32,000 bases of DNA, taken from contig NZ_AP013043.1 of the NCBI RefSeq assembly GCF_016592615.1, forward strand, positions 240,001 through 272,000. The letters are read 5' to 3'. The position numbers and the translations under genes were made by a program. The DNA is from Isorropodon fossajaponicum endosymbiont JTNG4. GTDB lineage: Bacteria; Pseudomonadota; Gammaproteobacteria; PS1; Pseudothioglobaceae. How positions within the stretch are numbered: the stretch's first letter is position 1; each line of letters starts with the position of its first letter. Positions 29,879 to 32,000 of this stretch are shown here, piece by piece. The notes beneath the pieces are model-generated. The model ran no database searches. It was not told the origin of the DNA and worked only from the letters and a program-made list of their open reading frames with translations.

Positions 29879-29943
29879 TGCAATAGTCTAATTTTATTGG
29901 ACACAAAGATAGCCTTATAATACAAACCATAAGGAGGTCAGTA

Positions 29944-30295
29944 ATGACACAATATAAATCAAGAAAACAACGAGTGACTTTTACCGTTGAACATTCTGTT
30001 CAATACCCCCTTGAGGGGGAAACACTAGATTATGCCAAACTCATGGTGCATGAGAATTACACCAATAAAAAAAATCATGATAATATCAGGAGCTTGCTCC
30101 TCAGCAGTTAGCAGATGGAGAAAACAATACCTAGCAGAGCTTGGTGGACAAACACCAGAGTCAGGCAAAGCGCTGACTTCTGAACAACAAACAATACAAC
30201 TGCTTGAGAAACAACTTTGGCGCGCACAAAGGGACAATGAAATCTTAAAAAAGGCAACAGCCTTGTTCGCTGTGGACAATCACCAAGTGATATGA
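29944..30295 (+). pseudogene. IS3-family transposase OrfA, frameshifted in a poly-A tract
   Basis: The sequence matches 4139-4489 except for an A8 run (30067-30074) versus A7 in the other copy, and one G/A change. The track ORF therefore only restarts at 30032. Confidence 0.8.
30247..30253 (+). promoter_or_regulatory. programmed -1 ribosomal frameshift heptamer A_AAA_AAG of the IS3-family element
   Basis: TTA AAA AAG lies in the orfA frame near the orfA 3' end, and orfB is in the -1 frame. This is the canonical IS3-family arrangement. Confidence 0.6.
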
Positions 30296-30420
30296 TTATC
30301 AAGATAAACAAGGCTTGCCAACAATACAATACTAAAGAATTATGAGCATTACTCAAACTTCCTCGCAGTAGTTATTACTATCAAGTCAAAGATAAGCGAG
30401 TAAACAACAACACCAACGCT

Positions 30421-31149
30421 ATGATTAAATTAATCAAACAAACTGCTATTGAAGTTGGATACACCTATGGCAAACGCAGAATGCGAGTAGTTTTGAATAA
30501 CCAAGGTTATAACATTGGTATTTACCAAACTGCAACGCTAATGAAAAAAGCCAATGTAGTTGCCATACGCCCAAGAAAGCGTCATTATTACCCTAATACT
30601 AGATTGATGTTTAAAAAGGCAAAAAACCTATTAAATCGTGTGTTTGAGCAGCAATCAATTAATACGCATTGGGTTGGTGATATTACCTATATCAAAACCT
30701 ATCAAGGTGGGAGTTATTTAGCCAGTGTGTTGGATTTAGGCTCAAGACAAGTTGTTGGTTGGGCATTGTCAAAACAGCCTAATGCTCAGTTGGCAAAGGA
30801 TGCGCTTAGTAATGCTGTGTCTAGACACCAGCCCAATACAAATAAACACATGTTTCACTCTGATCAAGGGACTCAATACTCTTCTAAAGTTTTTATTGAT
30901 TATTGCAACAAGAACAACATTACTCAAAGCATGAGCAGGCGAGGTAATTGTTGGGATAATGCGGTCATGGAGCGTTTCTTTAGAAGTCTGAAGACTGAGA
31001 GATTAAATTATCAAAGTTTTGCAAATCATAGTGAAGTCGTGCAAAATGTAGAGGGTTATATCTACTTGTATAATTACAAAAGGATTCATTCAGCGATTGG
31101 GTATTTAACACCTGCTCAAAAGATGGCTGAATTGAAAAAAGCGGCTTGA
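30421..31149 (+). CDS. IS3-family transposase OrfB (DDE domain complete)
   Basis: WVGDITYI, HSDQGTQYSS and NAVMERFFRSLKTE are present. An in-frame TGA at 30343-30345 lies between the frameshift site and this ORF. Confidence 0.8.
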   Translation: MIKLIKQTAIEVGYTYGKRRMRVVLNNQGYNIGIYQTATLMKKANVVAIRPRKRHYYPNTRLMFKKAKNLLNRVFEQQSINTHWVGDITYIKTYQGGSYLASVLDLGSRQVVGWALSKQPNAQLAKDALSNAVSRHQPNTNKHMFHSDQGTQYSSKVFIDYCNKNNITQSMSRRGNCWDNAVMERFFRSLKTERLNYQSFANHSEVVQNVEGYIYLYNYKRIHSAIGYLTPAQKMAELKKAA

Positions 31150-31181
31150 AATGTGTCCAAGTAGGTTAGAGCATTGCAGTT

Positions 31182-31468
31182 TGAATACATTAGCCAAGCA
31201 TTAAGAGACTGGGTACAAGCCTTAGGTATTGAGTTAATGTACATCCAACCAGGTAAGCCAACTCAAAATGCCTACATTGAGAGATTTAACCGTACAGTAA
31301 GACAAGAGTGTTTAGATCTGCATTTGTTTGATTCTGTTGAGCAAGCACAAGATGCAACCACACAGTGGTTATGGGTTTATAATAACGAACGACCGCACTT
31401 TGCCCTAGGTGGCGTGATAAGATGACTAGCCTCTACTTTAGAGTTGTATGGAAAATTGGGGTATTACA
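31182..31468 (+). mobile_element. 3' fragment of the IS407-like element (copy of 17328-17614)
   Basis: By eye the sequence is identical to 17328-17614, including the OrfB C-terminus (track ORF 31174-31425) and the right terminal repeat. It is cut at its 5' side by the IS3-family element ending at 31178. Confidence 0.85.
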
Positions 31469-31473
31469 TATTG

Positions 31474-31656
31474 AAAAATACTTAGACTAGAATGTGGCAA
31501 AATACTTTAACCTTAGAACCATAAACTACTTTTTTTAAAATGAACAATGACTTTCCACGAATAAAAATACTTAGACTAGAATGTGGCAAAATACTTTAAC
31601 CTTAGAACCATAAACTACTTTTTTTAAAATGAACAATGACTTTCCACGAATAAAAA
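31474..31656 (+). repeat. 89-bp tandem duplication (2 full copies plus 5 bp) covering the upstream region and first 9 codons of the aminotransferase gene
   Basis: 31474-31562 and 31563-31651 read identically (aaaaatacttagactagaatgtggcaaaatac...atgaacaatgactttccacgaat). ATG occurs at 31540 and again at 31629. Confidence 0.9.
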
Positions 31657-32000
31657 GACTGCCTGCTTATGTCTTTGCGGTTACTAACGAGCTAAAGGCC
31701 AAGGCACGTGCACGCGGTGAAGATATTATTGACTTTGGCATGGGCAATCCTGACCAACCAACGCCTGATCATATTGTTGAAAAACTGGTAGAAGCGGCGC
31801 GGCGTAAAGACACACATCGCTATTCTACCTCCCGCGGCATTCCGCGATTACGCAAAGCCATTGCTAATTGGTATAAAAGGCGCTTTGATGTTGATATTGA
31901 TCCAGAAACTGAAGCCATTGTTACTATTGGCTCTAAAGAGGGGTTGTCTAATTTAGCACAGGCCGTTGTGGGTAATGGCGATACGGTATTAGTGCCTAAC
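31629..32000 (+). CDS. class I/II pyridoxal-phosphate-dependent aminotransferase (AlaC/aspartate-aminotransferase-like), N-terminal part
   Basis: [46 protein letters not shown]...[17 protein letters not shown]...IGSKEG. The gene runs off the window. Confidence 0.8.
   Translation, partial: MNNDFPRIKRLPAYVFAVTNELKAKARARGEDIIDFGMGNPDQPTPDHIVEKLVEAARRKDTHRYSTSRGIPRLRKAIANWYKRRFDVDIDPETEAIVTIGSKEGLSNLAQAVVGNGDTVLVPN

Larger units (their letters stand above)
29879..31178 (+). mobile_element. IS3-family insertion sequence, full length (1300 bp)
   Basis: IRL is TGCAATAGTCTAATTTTATTGGACACA (from 29879). The complement of IRR is TGCAATGCTCTAACCTACTTGGACACA (ends at 31178). The element has the orfA/orfB layout and TG...CA termini. 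Confidence 0.9.

Noticed and set aside
30343-30345. In-frame TGA in the IS OrfAB linker considered as selenocysteine or a Trp reassignment (genetic code 4).
   Set aside because: Several ordinary genes in the window terminate with TGA, for example the Ubi-family monooxygenase, uppP and accB. The standard code therefore applies, and I see no SECIS-like context that I could support.
3565-31178. A composite transposon formed by the two IS3-family copies.
   Set aside because: The left copy lacks its IRR end, and both copies lack a functional transposase. The cargo is essential housekeeping genes (rne, accBC, argC) and there are no target-site duplications. Homologous recombination or inversion is the better reading.
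31474-31656. The 89-bp direct repeat considered as a possible CRISPR array or att site.
   Set aside because: It has only two adjoining identical units with no spacer, and there are no cas genes. It contains the gene start, so it is a tandem duplication.

Overview
AT-rich (roughly mid-30s % GC by eye) gammaproteobacterial chromosome segment. Gene content and order suggest a reduced sulfur-oxidiser or symbiont-like lineage such as the SUP05 clade, but that is inference only.

The backbone is ordinary housekeeping: pyrF, two tRNAs, a ubiquinone-type monooxygenase, pdxH, aroE, rne, uppP, pepN, pncC, dsbD, aroQ-accB-accC, argC, erpA and an aminotransferase.

Superimposed on this is heavy genome erosion and IS activity:
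- A decayed type I R-M remnant lies next to tRNA-Val: an hsdM pseudogene plus a Bro-N/DinD-like gene cut by an IS (1553-3564).
- A second mosaic of defence-gene fragments sits at 26915-29878. It contains a PLD-SNF2 helicase, a second DinD-like gene, the N-terminus of an N6-MTase and a Crp/Fnr fragment.
- Two types of IS3-family element are present as four copies or fragments, and every one is individually defective. One near-identical pair lies in inverted orientation around about 25 kb of core genes.
- Further pseudogenes are a PAP2 phosphatase, an O-antigen-ligase/TPR protein and a double-CxxC thioredoxin-fold protein. An RHH antitoxin-like gene is cut by an IS.
- Three independent short tandem duplications occur (8 bp, 5 bp, 89 bp).

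I do not see an intact novel multi-gene system. The most interesting items are:
- the possible IS-mediated inversion that splits one former defence island in two;
- the helicase / DinD-like / methyltransferase operon remnant;
- the recurrence of Bro-N/DinD-like genes in two unrelated R-M contexts;
- a DsbD with a tandemly duplicated, Cys-retaining N-terminal domain.

Single-base frameshifts in homopolymers could be sequencing errors. The nonsense codons, multi-base duplications and truncations cannot.
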